32,000 nucleotides of DNA from Acaryochloris marina S15 (GTDB taxonomy: Bacteria; Cyanobacteriota; Cyanobacteriia; Thermosynechococcales; Thermosynechococcaceae), in contig NZ_CP064923.1 in assembly GCF_018336915.1 (NCBI RefSeq), positions 510,001 to 542,000 on the forward strand. The letters run 5' to 3'. A program made the position numbers and the translations under genes. The notes beneath the pieces are model-generated. The model had not been told where the DNA came from and did no database searches. It worked only from the letters and a program-made list of their open reading frames with translations. The number at the start of each line of letters is the position of its first letter. Positions within the stretch are counted from its first letter, which is position 1. Shown here one piece after another: positions 6,546-16,197 of this stretch.

Positions 6546-9500
6546 TTAACCGACTAATTCCGGTGTCTTCTGGTCGATAAATCCGGCTAGGGTATCTAGT
6601 AATTCCTGCTCGTTAAACGGTTTAGAGAAATAGGCTGACGCCCCTAAGTTCATGGCGACTTTGCGGTGTTTCTCATGACTACGGGAGGTGAGCATGACAA
6701 TGGGTAAATCTTCAAATCGGCGCTGGCCTTTGACTTCTTCGAGGACACCGTAGCCATCCAGCCTCGGCATTTCAATGTCACAGACGACTGCCTGCACCGT
6801 TAAGCCACTTTCCAGCTTATCAACGGCTTCTTGACCATCCCTGGCCTGCTCAACCAGATAGCCTGCTTTTTCCAGGGTCATGGCTAGGAAGCGACGAACA
6901 TTAACCGAGTCATCCACCACGAGGACCGTATTGCCTTGGCTGGCTTGGGACACTGGTTCCACCGATGCTGCGATTAGACCGGATTGTTCGCGCTCTAGGC
7001 ACCATTTGAGCACAGGCAATGGATCAATAATCGGGACGACCCGGCCATCCCCTAATACCGTAGAGCTAACGAATCCAGGCGGCATGGGTAAGGGGCTGTC
7101 GATGTTGCGAATCGTGACTTCTTGTTCCCCCCAGAATCGCTCAATTTCCAGGCCGCCCACAGTGGATTCTTCGCCAACCACTAGAACCGTGGGTTGATTA
7201 ATAACGGGTGTTCCCAACATTTCGGAGAATTTGCGGGTTTGGCTAAAGGCCCAGTGCCTCGCCAAATTCATCACTGGAATGGACTGATCCTGCCAGGTCA
7301 ATTTTTGAGTCTGTTCAATCGTGTGGAGTTGGTCTGCCTCTATGCGCAGCAGTTCGCGGATGTTGTCTACGGGCACTGCAAAAATTAAGCCAGAATGCTC
7401 CAAGAGCATGACTCGCAGAACCGAAAGGGTATAGGGGACCGTAATTGTAAAGGTGGTGCCGACACTGCGTTCGGTGTTTACATAAATATCGCCTCGGATG
7501 TCCCGGAGGTTGGTTCGCACCACATCCATACCCACGCCTCGACCTGAAATCTCAGTCACTTGGTCAGCAGTACTAAAGCCGGGTTCAAAGATACAGTCCA
7601 GTAAGTCCTGATCCGACATCTGCAAGACTTCTGATTCGGTGAGTCCCATGGATTGCAGGCGATTGCGCACCTTATCCAACCGGATGCCAGCCCCATCATC
7701 GCTAATGGTGATGACGGTTTGAGCTCCTCGGTTCCGAGCTTTAATCGTAATCTTGCCTTCGGGTGCTTTGCCAATGGACAGCCGACGCTCTTGGCTGCCA
7801 ATCCCATGGTCAAAGGCATTCCGCAACAGGTGGTTGAGGGCATCCCCTAGGGATTCAAGCACGGACCGATCAATCAGGGTGGCATCCCCTTCCATGACCA
7901 AGTTCACGGGCTTATTGAACTGAACGCTCAAATCCCGAATCACCCGTGGGAATCGCTTGACGATCTCTCTAAAGGGCACCATCTGGGTGCGGGTGACATT
8001 GGTCTGCAACGAGCGGGTGGTTTGGTTAATGTCTCGAACGGCCTGACCCATGTCTTGCAGGGTCAAGTTAATATCTGAGCCCACCTCTTGCAGTTGGACA
8101 ATCGTTTCAATTTGGTCTTGGGCAATCAGGTGTAAGTCGGTATATTGGTCCATTTCTAGGGCATCAAATTGCCCTGGCCTGGGTTCGGCGATTTGTTCGG
8201 GCTGAGCGGGGGCAGCTGCCTCTGCCGGGACAATTCCTTCCAGGGAGGCTCGGTCATACCATTGCTGCAATTGGGTATTGGATGCTTCTAGTTGTTGAAT
8301 CCGCTGTCGAATCAGTTGGGTATAGGTTTGCAACTGCTCAAAGCGCAGATTGACGGTATTCCGTTCCAGAATCAGTTTCCCAAACAGGGCGTTAAATTGC
8401 TCCAGTTGTTCCACCGGAACCCGCACGGTTTTACCGCTTAACGGCTTTGCTGCTGGTGCAGCGGCAGGCTGGTTGGCCGTGGCTTGTTCCAGAATTTGAG
8501 CGGCACTCTCAAGGGTTAATGGCAGTTCAGAAGGGATAGGACTCTCTGCAGCCGGATTAATGGTGGGAACAGGATTCTCAGGACTTGTTGCAACCACTGG
8601 TTCGGGTAGGGAAACCCCAAGATCCGCGTCAATGGCAAATGCGTCCTGTAGATCCGCAAGCTCCATCGAGTCTTGCAAATTGATGAGATCATCTGCATTT
8701 AATAGGTCATCTGCAGGGATCTCCGCTGGGATGTCAAAGTCAGTTGTATTGAATAAGTCATCTGTAGGGATCTCCGCCGGGATGTCAAAGTCAGCAGCAG
8801 GTAACTCAATGGATAAGGCATTGGCTAAGTTGGCGATGGCCGGATCATTGAGGGAAAGCTCGTCCAGATTGACTGTTTCTAGCGGTTCGGGGCTAGGCAG
8901 ATCCGTGGCTAAAGCTTCGGCTAGGTCAGCTACGGCGGGATCATCTGCAAAAGAGATGGCCTCTGCAGGTAGCTCTGGGGGCATGTCAATCGCGCCAAAG
9001 TCTGCTTGCAGAGCCGACAAGTCCACTAAGTCTAGGGCATTTTCAAAGTCAATTTCAGGACTGGAAGCGATATTGGGCGTAAAGTCCGGAAGCTGGTGGG
9101 GCAGCTTCTCAAAGCTGCGTCGCAGCACCAAGGCATGGGACCGTCGCCAGGTTTTGAGGGCGGCAGTGGATAGTTCTGGAATTTGCTCGGGGATAACTTG
9201 GGGGGCTAGTTCCTGGACGGATTGGCAGAGCTGAATAAAAGGCTCTAAATTCGCCATATGACCAAAAGCCACCAGTTCTTCTGCCGTCATGGCCAGCTCT
9301 GCAGCGAGCTGAGGGGCAGGCAAGGTCTCAAAATAGCCTTCAATCCGATCGAGAACGGCTTCCACGCCATCCTCAAACATCAGTAGTGCCGGATCCGTTT
9401 CATCCTCGTCGCCGTTGAGCAGCGCCGTCTCGTCCTCGTCCGTGACATCCCCTAAATGAACTTGCAGTTGGTCAAAGACGGGATAAATTTGTTCTGCTAG

Positions 9501-9848
9501 CCAGGCTGCATCAATTTCGGCTCCTTGCCGATAGCGATCACCCACCTGTCGCAAGCAATCTAAACCCTGCAATAGCAAGGTCTCTACCTCCGTTTCGATG
9601 GTTTTGGAGGCGTGATGCACCCGCAAGATTTTGAAGAAGTCTTCTAGACGGTGGGCCACTTTACTCAGATCCATCAGCCCCATCATGGCCGCTCCCCCCT
9701 TAACGGTGTGGGAGGCTCTGAGGGCTTCGTCCAGTTGCTCTGGTTCAGCAACGTTTGCTGCTAGACCCAGCAAAGCCCGTTCAATCCTGTCGTAACAATC
9801 TTCTGCTTCTTCGAGAAATTTGAACTGGACTTGTTGTTCTTTATCCAT
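6546..9848 (-). CDS. cheA: CheA-type hybrid histidine kinase (Hpt, acidic linker, HATPase, CheW-like, receiver); PilL/HmpE/TaxAY-like
   Basis: N-terminal Hpt (ALRASHTVKGGAAMMG), a ~300-aa acidic low-complexity linker, kinase core (ISDDGAGI, GRGVGMDVV), a CheW-like domain and a C-terminal receiver (VLVVDDS, CDIEMPRLDG, FSKP). It is the last gene of a PatA-CheY-CheW-MCP-CheA operon. Confidence 0.85.
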   Translation of the reverse strand: MDKEQQVQFKFLEEAEDCYDRIERALLGLAANVAEPEQLDEALRASHTVKGGAAMMGLMDLSKVAHRLEDFFKILRVHHASKTIETEVETLLLQGLDCLRQVGDRYRQGAEIDAAWLAEQIYPVFDQLQVHLGDVTDEDETALLNGDEDETDPALLMFEDGVEAVLDRIEGYFETLPAPQLAAELAMTAEELVAFGHMANLEPFIQLCQSVQELAPQVIPEQIPELSTAALKTWRRSHALVLRRSFEKLPHQLPDFTPNIASSPEIDFENALDLVDLSALQADFGAIDMPPELPAEAISFADDPAVADLAEALATDLPSPEPLETVNLDELSLNDPAIANLANALSIELPAADFDIPAEIPTDDLFNTTDFDIPAEIPADDLLNADDLINLQDSMELADLQDAFAIDADLGVSLPEPVVATSPENPVPTINPAAESPIPSELPLTLESAAQILEQATANQPAAAPAAKPLSGKTVRVPVEQLEQFNALFGKLILERNTVNLRFEQLQTYTQLIRQRIQQLEASNTQLQQWYDRASLEGIVPAEAAAPAQPEQIAEPRPGQFDALEMDQYTDLHLIAQDQIETIVQLQEVGSDINLTLQDMGQAVRDINQTTRSLQTNVTRTQMVPFREIVKRFPRVIRDLSVQFNKPVNLVMEGDATLIDRSVLESLGDALNHLLRNAFDHGIGSQERRLSIGKAPEGKITIKARNRGAQTVITISDDGAGIRLDKVRNRLQSMGLTESEVLQMSDQDLLDCIFEPGFSTADQVTEISGRGVGMDVVRTNLRDIRGDIYVNTERSVGTTFTITVPYTLSVLRVMLLEHSGLIFAVPVDNIRELLRIEADQLHTIEQTQKLTWQDQSIPVMNLARHWAFSQTRKFSEMLGTPVINQPTVLVVGEESTVGGLEIERFWGEQEVTIRNIDSPLPMPPGFVSSTVLGDGRVVPIIDPLPVLKWCLEREQSGLIAASVEPVSQASQGNTVLVVDDSVNVRRFLAMTLEKAGYLVEQARDGQEAVDKLESGLTVQAVVCDIEMPRLDGYGVLEEVKGQRRFEDLPIVMLTSRSHEKHRKVAMNLGASAYFSKPFNEQELLDTLAGFIDQKTPELVG
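8706..8794 (-). repeat. 51-bp (17-codon) tandem duplication inside the CheA acidic linker
   Basis: gtcatctgcagggatctccgctgggatgtcaaagtcag (8706..8743) and gtcatctgtagggatctccgccgggatgtcaaagtcag (8757..8794). They encode DFDIPAEIPTDDL / DFDIPAEIPADDL. Confidence 0.85.
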
Positions 9849-9944
9849 GGTGCTCAGGTGATATTGAGTCGCTAATATCGATGGGGTTCATCCGGCTGCT
9901 AATCTCAAGTCAGGGGGACCGATAGAAGAACGATCCTAAATTCG

Positions 9945-12365
9945 TTAGCTAGATTCTTCGACTTTAAACTGGGCCACAGCGGCTTCCAGCTTCTGGGCAA
10001 CGGCAGCCGTGTCTTGCATGGACTGGGCCATTTTGTTAGAAGATTCCGACCGCTGTTCGGACAATTCTGCCATCTGAGACATCAAAGTGGTCACTGCTTT
10101 TGAGGTTTCAGTCTGGGTCTCAGTTGCGTCAGAAATGGACCGCATGAGGTCGTTGATCTCTTGGGACCGAGTCAGTACTTGGGTCAGCTTCTCTTTGGTC
10201 GTTTCCACCAGGCGAGTACTATCCACCACCTGGGTGGTCCCTACTTCCATCGCCTCCGTCACTTCCTTGGTCTCGGCTTGAATTCCAGCCACAATTTGAG
10301 CGATTTCTTTCGTCGCCGCAGTGGACTGTTCCGCTAGGGCACCCACCTGTTCTGCAACCACGGTGAAACCTTGACCCTGTTCACCGGCACGACTGGCCTC
10401 AACACTGGCGTTAATGGCGAGTAGGTTGGTTTTGAGAGCGATTTCTTCAATCAAGGACACCACCTGAGAAATCTTTTGGGAGGATTCACCCAGTCGCTTA
10501 ATTTTCTTGGAGGTCTCACCGACCGTATTTCGCAGGCCGAGGATACTGTCTACCGTCTGATCCATGGCATTACTGCCTTCTTGGACCGTCGTGTAGGCTT
10601 CATCGGAAATCACAGCGGCTCGACCGGCGTTGCTGGCTACATCCTCAATGGAGACGGACATTTTCTCAATCGAATCGAGGGTGGTTCGGGCTTGCTCAGT
10701 TTCTTGGACGGCTTGCTCCGCTAGGGTCTGAATCTCGGTTCCGTTTGCACCGAGGGAGGAACTCACCTGTACAGAGGACTCTTTTACCTGACCCGCAATC
10801 TCGTTGAGGTTGTCGATAATGGCGTTGAACAAGTCAGCAACGGTACTCATTTCCATCGAGTTTAAGCTGGCGCGTACGGTTAAGTCGCCATCTACCGCTT
10901 CTCCCACTTCGTCGAGGAGCTGGTAGATTTCCATTTCTAGTTTGTCGCGGGATTCTTTTTGTTCTTGAGCGGCTTGTTCCGTTTTGTTTAAGAGGGTCTG
11001 GACCTCGGACACTAGGTTGTTGAAGGTCCGGGCTAGGATTCGGGTTTCGCGGGTTCCTTCAATATCAGCTCGGACATTTAAGTTTCCTTCTGCCGCTTCG
11101 TCGGCGGTGCCCGTTAGCTTAGTTAGAGGATTGGACAAGCTAGTGGAGAGCCAGTAGATCAAGGCGGTGACAATACCCGCCATGAGTAAGCCTGTTAAGG
11201 CAAATACGATTAACTGCTCTCGGGCTGCTGCCGCTTCTTCAGCGGTTTCAACGGATGCGATCGCAACCAGTTTCGTGAACGGAACAATCGATAGGGTAAA
11301 GAATCGGTCTTTGTAAGTAAAGGAAGCAGTTAGTAGCTTAAATTTACCCGCATCTTTTTCTTTGATTTCTACCTCTTTAATCCCAGGAATATTCTCAATC
11401 TGAGCTTTAGTGGCATTCAGATCACCCGACTCAGCTGCCAAGTAATCTTCGATCAGCTTGGCGGTAGCTAGAACGTCCTCGCCTCCGGTCACCTCTTGGT
11501 TGGTCGTATCACTACCCGTTTTGGTGATGGTATTCACCACTGGCCTGGTTTCCAGCTTCGGGTCAACCAGCTGCACAATCTCAGACTCCGTTAGGTTGGG
11601 AGTAATCAGTGTACTAATAGCCTCATCCAGTGCCTTTGTGGGGAGGCCAATTTTGGTCACCCCAATAAAATTGCCTGAGTCATCCGTAATCTGCTTGGAC
11701 AGGGCAAGCACAAAGGTCTGAGAAGAGTCGTCAAATTCAGGCTCTTCAATAAATTGCCCCTTTTCTTTGGCCTGCTGCCACCAGTTTTCATCGTTCTGAA
11801 CAAAGTCAGAGGTGGGAGCACTATAGGCAACATTAAAGCCATTTTTATCTGTCACAAAGACTTCGGCCAGGTCAACGTTCTTAACGACCCGCTGCAGGTA
11901 TGCATTCAGTTTGGCATTGGGCTTTAGCAGCTTGGTGCTAGCAAACTGAGCTTCGACTGCCTCAATCGGCTTTTGAGTCAGTCCCTGGGTTTCCGCCTGT
12001 TGGGCTCCAGCCTTGACCGCCTCTAGCAACAAGGGGTCACTACCGATCAGATCCGGGAACTTCAGGGTGTCTAGCAAGAAGAGGGTGCTGGCCTCACTGG
12101 TCAGGAGACTGACTTCCTCTAACTGCAGCAACGCTTTTGCTTTCAATTCTGCCTCTGTTCGGGTGTAACCAATCGCACTAGCGACCGCCAGGGGCACCAA
12201 GGCAACGGGCAGAACTGTGGTCAACAATCGTTGGCGTAGGGTTGCTGCGGGCTTGGCTGTTTCCATCTCAACAGAAGTGGCCTCGTTAGTACCATTCAGT
12301 TGGTCTTCTATGCTGTTGCCGTTGGTAGAAGCGTCAGCAGGGGAAGTGTCCTTTTGGGTAGTCAT
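9945..12365 (-). CDS. Methyl-accepting chemotaxis protein (TM, ~330-aa periplasmic sensor, TM, HAMP, MCP signalling domain); PilJ/HmpD-like
   Basis: Conserved MCP hairpin [41 protein letters not shown]. Two hydrophobic segments ([21 protein letters not shown]; [21 protein letters not shown]) flank the sensor. No GAF/phytochrome-like region was seen. I prefer the ATG at 12365 (MTTQKD) to the GTG at 12413 used by the ORF track. Confidence 0.85.
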   Translation of the reverse strand: MTTQKDTSPADASTNGNSIEDQLNGTNEATSVEMETAKPAATLRQRLLTTVLPVALVPLAVASAIGYTRTEAELKAKALLQLEEVSLLTSEASTLFLLDTLKFPDLIGSDPLLLEAVKAGAQQAETQGLTQKPIEAVEAQFASTKLLKPNAKLNAYLQRVVKNVDLAEVFVTDKNGFNVAYSAPTSDFVQNDENWWQQAKEKGQFIEEPEFDDSSQTFVLALSKQITDDSGNFIGVTKIGLPTKALDEAISTLITPNLTESEIVQLVDPKLETRPVVNTITKTGSDTTNQEVTGGEDVLATAKLIEDYLAAESGDLNATKAQIENIPGIKEVEIKEKDAGKFKLLTASFTYKDRFFTLSIVPFTKLVAIASVETAEEAAAAREQLIVFALTGLLMAGIVTALIYWLSTSLSNPLTKLTGTADEAAEGNLNVRADIEGTRETRILARTFNNLVSEVQTLLNKTEQAAQEQKESRDKLEMEIYQLLDEVGEAVDGDLTVRASLNSMEMSTVADLFNAIIDNLNEIAGQVKESSVQVSSSLGANGTEIQTLAEQAVQETEQARTTLDSIEKMSVSIEDVASNAGRAAVISDEAYTTVQEGSNAMDQTVDSILGLRNTVGETSKKIKRLGESSQKISQVVSLIEEIALKTNLLAINASVEASRAGEQGQGFTVVAEQVGALAEQSTAATKEIAQIVAGIQAETKEVTEAMEVGTTQVVDSTRLVETTKEKLTQVLTRSQEINDLMRSISDATETQTETSKAVTTLMSQMAELSEQRSESSNKMAQSMQDTAAVAQKLEAAVAQFKVEESS

Positions 12366-12448
12366 GGTCCTGGTTAAATCGGTAAAAGAATAAGTACTCT
12401 CAACTGCCAGCACGAGGTTGACAGATTAAACATCAAACGCGGCTCACA

Positions 12449-13015
12449 CTATGCCGAGTACAATGCCGGCGATTTTGCTAAGGCTGGAGGATAAAAGATA
12501 TACATGAGCTGATCTCCCTGTTGGCAAGCACCTGTAATGTAGGGAGCTAGGTTTGCCGGACAAAAGGTGGGATCCGTTTGTAATTGTTCTTCACTTAGAC
12601 GGGTGACCCCTTGAATTTGGGGAACCGCTAACCCCAACAGGGCATCACCATCCCCCGCCGCCTGATACTCAGAGCGAGGCACCCGCACCACAATCACACG
12701 GTATTGCCGTTGAGTGCCCGTCACATCTGGATAGCCCAATATCTGAGGCAGGTTGACCACACAGAACACCTGCTCCCGGGAATTGATTAGACCTAGGACG
12801 GGTCTGGCCATATTCGGCATAGCCGTAATCTGTTCTGCTGCCACAATCAGGGATTCATGAACATGCTCCATCGAGAGTAAGGCACCCATGCCCTTAGTCA
12901 ATAAAAACCGTAAATAGGGTTGTCCCGATAGTTGGGTAGCCTGAAATAGCTGGGGTAGAAGCTCTTGCAGTCTCGCTAGAGATGTTGTCGAAGCAGTGGG
13001 TTTTTGAGTCGTCAT
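12449..13015 (-). CDS. cheW: CheW-like coupling protein (PilI/HmpC-like)
   Basis: 188 aa with a single CheW-like domain pattern, located between the CheY and MCP genes. Its ATG (13015) directly abuts the stop of the upstream CheY gene (13016), which suggests translational coupling. Confidence 0.75.
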   Translation of the reverse strand: MTTQKPTASTTSLARLQELLPQLFQATQLSGQPYLRFLLTKGMGALLSMEHVHESLIVAAEQITAMPNMARPVLGLINSREQVFCVVNLPQILGYPDVTGTQRQYRVIVVRVPRSEYQAAGDGDALLGLAVPQIQGVTRLSEEQLQTDPTFCPANLAPYITGACQQGDQLMYIFYPPALAKSPALYSA

Positions 13016-13381
13016 TTATTTCATGGCCGCTCTCAGGGCACTTACCAGTTCTTGCTTGGTGCAGGGTTTGGTGACATAGGCTTCAATGCCCTGCTTGGCT
13101 GCCCACATCCGGTCCACATCCCGATCTTTAGCAGTACAGGCTACGACTGGGATATCAGCGGTTTCAGGATTCTTGCGCAGCTTACGGGCCAGGTCCAAGC
13201 CTCCCATCTCTGGCATCATCCAGTCGGTGACAATAGCATCTGGCTTGTTCTGGTTGACCTTCTCTAAGGCTTCTGCGCCATTCGTGGCCGTGACGATGGT
13301 ATAACCTTCTTCTGTGAGGTATTGACAGATTAAGTCGAGTTCAGATTGCAGGTCATCAACGACTAAGATTTTGCTGCTCAT
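13016..13381 (-). CDS. cheY: Single-domain CheY-like response regulator (PilH/HmpB-like)
   Basis: 121 aa. Receiver signature KILVVDD, phospho-acceptor context IVTDWMMPEMGG, VVACTAK, YVTKP. Confidence 0.9.
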   Translation of the reverse strand: MSSKILVVDDLQSELDLICQYLTEEGYTIVTATNGAEALEKVNQNKPDAIVTDWMMPEMGGLDLARKLRKNPETADIPVVACTAKDRDVDRMWAAKQGIEAYVTKPCTKQELVSALRAAMK

Positions 13382-13501
13382 GGTGTGTCCTTGAATGGCT
13401 AGGTAAGCGTAAACGAGAAAGTAATCTGGAGAAACTGGAATCCATTCGGTACAGGAGGAATAGGCTACCTAAACCCGCAACATGGGGCAGTGCCGAGACC
13501 G

Positions 13502-14737
13502 CTAAGCTGGCGTAAATTGAGTCAGATACTTCTCTACCATGTCCATTAGCCCTTTCTGGGTAAAAGGTTTGGTGAAGTAATCTGTGGCACCTGCTAATTT
13601 GGCCCGAGCCTTGTCAATCAGTCCGGTATTGCCCGTCACCATAATGATCGGAGTCTCATCAAACACAGCACTGCTTCTCAGCAAGCTGCATAGGCGATAG
13701 CCATTGATCTTGGGCATGGTGATGTCTAACAAAATGAGATCGGGCTTAATCCGGAAGATCACAGAGGATGCCTGGATTGGATCGTCTACCGTTGTGACCT
13801 CGTAACGAGTGTTCCCCAAACATCGCTCAATCTCACTCAAGATCGTGGGACTATCATCAATGCAAACAATTTTGAAGGTTCTATTCGCGTCCTGGGCGGC
13901 TTGAGCCGCTTGGGCGACCGAGGGTATTTTGGGAATAGCCGGAACCGGAACCCGAGGTAATTGGTCAAAAGGCGGTTGTGGATTCCGCAGAAAAATCACC
14001 TGTTGCTCCACATAAGGACCAAAGAGTTGGGCGATATGTAGCTCGTCCTGTTTCAACAAAACGGATAGCTGACGGATACTAAACCCTCGACTCATCAACT
14101 GAGCGAGTTTGGTCAGGGCTTCTGGCGATAGCTTGCCACCCGCAACGGGCTTGCTAATGTGTTGGAAATCTAAAAGATAAGGGCGTTGATAGGGAGAACA
14201 AATATCCTTACAGCAACTTTGCCAGCTCTTCATTCGATGCTTGAGGAACCGGACTGTATCGACCAATTCCATCAGTGGGGTTGCCCCTAAGACCTGGGTC
14301 ACCCACTCTGGAGACGTGACGCCATTCTCCCAAACCGCTTTGGCTTGCCTGAGCCATAAAAAGGTTTCTAGGGCGTCTTGGGTAATATCTTCAATAATCT
14401 GTCGAGCTTGGATCTCATTCAACATCTGTTGCTCTTGCAGCCACAACATTGAACGCTGAATCAGTCCTTGAGCTTTGATTGCTGTACTGTCCCCATCTAT
14501 CTTCTGCTGAGGAGGCATCTCTTTGAGGGCATTAAAGGCGGGCTCTAATCCTTGGCGGCACAGAAAGTAGCTCAGTTGGGCAAGGGTTTGGACGGAGCAA
14601 TCTACATACTGCAGCTCACCTTCCTTCAAGTAAATATGCCAAATAGATTTACCATTACTGGCTTTGAGAACACCACTAGCTTGAGAGCTTGATAACTCAG
14701 TAAGCAGCTGATACGGATCAAACTTTGTGGTTTCCAT
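13502..14737 (-). CDS. PatA-type response regulator (N-terminal PATAN-like domain plus C-terminal receiver); PilG/HmpA-like
   Basis: C-terminal receiver (KIVCIDDSPT, LILLDITMPKINGY, IIMVTG, YFTKP) preceded by a ~280-aa non-receiver N-terminal region. It is the first gene of the chemosensory operon, the arrangement known for cyanobacterial Tax/Pil/Hmp loci. Confidence 0.8.
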   Translation of the reverse strand: METTKFDPYQLLTELSSSQASGVLKASNGKSIWHIYLKEGELQYVDCSVQTLAQLSYFLCRQGLEPAFNALKEMPPQQKIDGDSTAIKAQGLIQRSMLWLQEQQMLNEIQARQIIEDITQDALETFLWLRQAKAVWENGVTSPEWVTQVLGATPLMELVDTVRFLKHRMKSWQSCCKDICSPYQRPYLLDFQHISKPVAGGKLSPEALTKLAQLMSRGFSIRQLSVLLKQDELHIAQLFGPYVEQQVIFLRNPQPPFDQLPRVPVPAIPKIPSVAQAAQAAQDANRTFKIVCIDDSPTILSEIERCLGNTRYEVTTVDDPIQASSVIFRIKPDLILLDITMPKINGYRLCSLLRSSAVFDETPIIMVTGNTGLIDKARAKLAGATDYFTKPFTQKGLMDMVEKYLTQFTPA

Positions 14738-15071
14738 AAGCTTTTTTGAAGGGAAGAGATAGATCTATTTTTATGTCTGAAATATGAGAAATATTGACTG
14801 TCAAACAATTAATATTCTACAGCTATTTTTTATAATTTTGTTACAAAAATAAATATTTTTCAACAAAAAACAATCTACATTAGTTTACCCAATCTTTTCT
14901 GGGACTTAGATCCGTGATTCTGCGGATATTTGCAGCGTTCATCGTCTGATCCCAATTCATTTTTCTGAGGATTCAGCAACTAAAAGAAATGTTGAGGGTT
15001 GCAATCGTCTGGATCCGCTAAACTCACAGCAGATCAATTTTGACCCGTTCTCTCTTGGCCAATCAACGTCT
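14738..15071. promoter_or_regulatory. Divergent intergenic region, probably carrying promoters for the chemosensory operon and the DUF2817 gene
   Basis: 334 bp between divergently oriented genes. The stretch 14760..14880 is strongly AT-rich with TATAAT-like hexamers (tataat at 14831..14836). No specific operator was recognised. Confidence 0.3.
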
Positions 15072-16142
15072 GTGTTTTCTTCTGACTACTGGCAAGCACG
15101 CGATCGCTTCCGCCAAGCGGCCCAATCCCTAAACTGTGTTCTCGAAACTCATCCCATCAAAGCCCTCGGTCCTCAAGGCCGATCCTTGAGTATTGATATT
15201 GCTCGGTATGGGTCTAAATCTCCCCACACCACCCTGATTCTCTCCAGTGGTTTACATGGAGTGGAAGGCTATTGCGGATCGGCAATTCAGATGGCGACCT
15301 TGACCGATTTGCTGCCCCAGCTCACCTTGCCGAAAGGGGTAGCGGTGCTGTTGATTCATGCCCTCAATCCCTATGGATTTGCGTGGAATCGTCGCTGCAA
15401 CGAAGACAATATTGATCTCAATCGCAATTTTTTATTACCCGGACAATCTTTTTCTGGCAGCCCAGCGGCCTATGGTCAGCTGGATTCTTTTCTGAACCCC
15501 CGTCAACCCCCGACCCCACGAGATCCTTATACTCTCAAGCTGCTGGGTTACGCGCTGCGATATGGCGTTTCATCCCTTAAGAAAACCCTGCCCGTCGGCC
15601 AGTATGACTTTCCCCAGGGCATCTTTTTTGGCGGCCAAGCCCCTGGCCAGACCCAGCAGATTTTGGTGGCTCAACTCCCCATCTGGTTGGGCCAATCCCA
15701 GCGCATCGTCCATCTAGACTTACATACGGGTCTAGGACGCTGGGCGACGCCTACATTTTTAGTCAAGCCCCAAGCCCACCAGAACGATCTGCCCTGGTTT
15801 CAACAGACCTTTACGGCTGCAGGACTGCAAATCCTGGGACAACAAGGGGCTACCTATGTTTGCCAAGGAGATATTGGTCCCTGGTGTCAGGCGTTGATGC
15901 AGGGGTGTGACTATCGATTTGCCACGGTGGAGTTTGGTACCTATCCCATACTTCCGGTTCTCAAGGCGATTCGGGCTGAGAATCAGGCCCATGGGTGGGA
16001 TGAGCCGGGTTCTCCCACCTATACATGGGCCAAGTCTTTGCTGCTAGAAGCTAATGCACCTGCGAATACTGAATGGCGTCAAGCCGTTGTTGCTGCGGGC
16101 GTTGCCATCATTCACCAAGCGCTTACAGGGATAGATGGATGA
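15072..16142 (+). CDS. DUF2817 / M14-like metallopeptidase-fold protein
   Basis: 356 aa with a GTG start. N-terminus FSSDYWQARDRFRQAA and LSSGLHGVEG (HxxE zinc-ligand-like motif of the M14/succinylglutamate-desuccinylase fold), recalled as typical of DUF2817. The family assignment is from memory and was not searched. Confidence 0.6.
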   Translation: MFSSDYWQARDRFRQAAQSLNCVLETHPIKALGPQGRSLSIDIARYGSKSPHTTLILSSGLHGVEGYCGSAIQMATLTDLLPQLTLPKGVAVLLIHALNPYGFAWNRRCNEDNIDLNRNFLLPGQSFSGSPAAYGQLDSFLNPRQPPTPRDPYTLKLLGYALRYGVSSLKKTLPVGQYDFPQGIFFGGQAPGQTQQILVAQLPIWLGQSQRIVHLDLHTGLGRWATPTFLVKPQAHQNDLPWFQQTFTAAGLQILGQQGATYVCQGDIGPWCQALMQGCDYRFATVEFGTYPILPVLKAIRAENQAHGWDEPGSPTYTWAKSLLLEANAPANTEWRQAVVAAGVAIIHQALTGIDG

Positions 16143-16181
16143 CATCACACCTATTAAATCTAGTTTTTATAGGTGTGATGT
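16142..16181. terminator. Perfect 13-bp stem hairpin between convergent genes (candidate bidirectional terminator)
   Basis: acatcacacctat (16142..16154), 14-nt loop taaatctagttttt, ataggtgtgatgt (16169..16181). It starts at the last base of the DUF2817 stop codon and ends 17 nt from the kinase stop codon. No classical U-tract follows on either strand. Confidence 0.55.
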
Positions 16182-16197
16182 ATTGAAGTGGGTGCAA

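Noticed and set aside
12366-12413. Upstream alternative starts used by the ORF track: GTG 12413 for the MCP, TTG 26638 for the M15 peptidase, TTG 23653 for the DUF3352-like gene, TTG 29533 for menE and ATG 65 for the first gene.
   Set aside because: In each case a downstream ATG has better context (an SD, or a stop/start overlap). For the first gene, the frame is open to the window edge. The extensions add non-conserved-looking residues.
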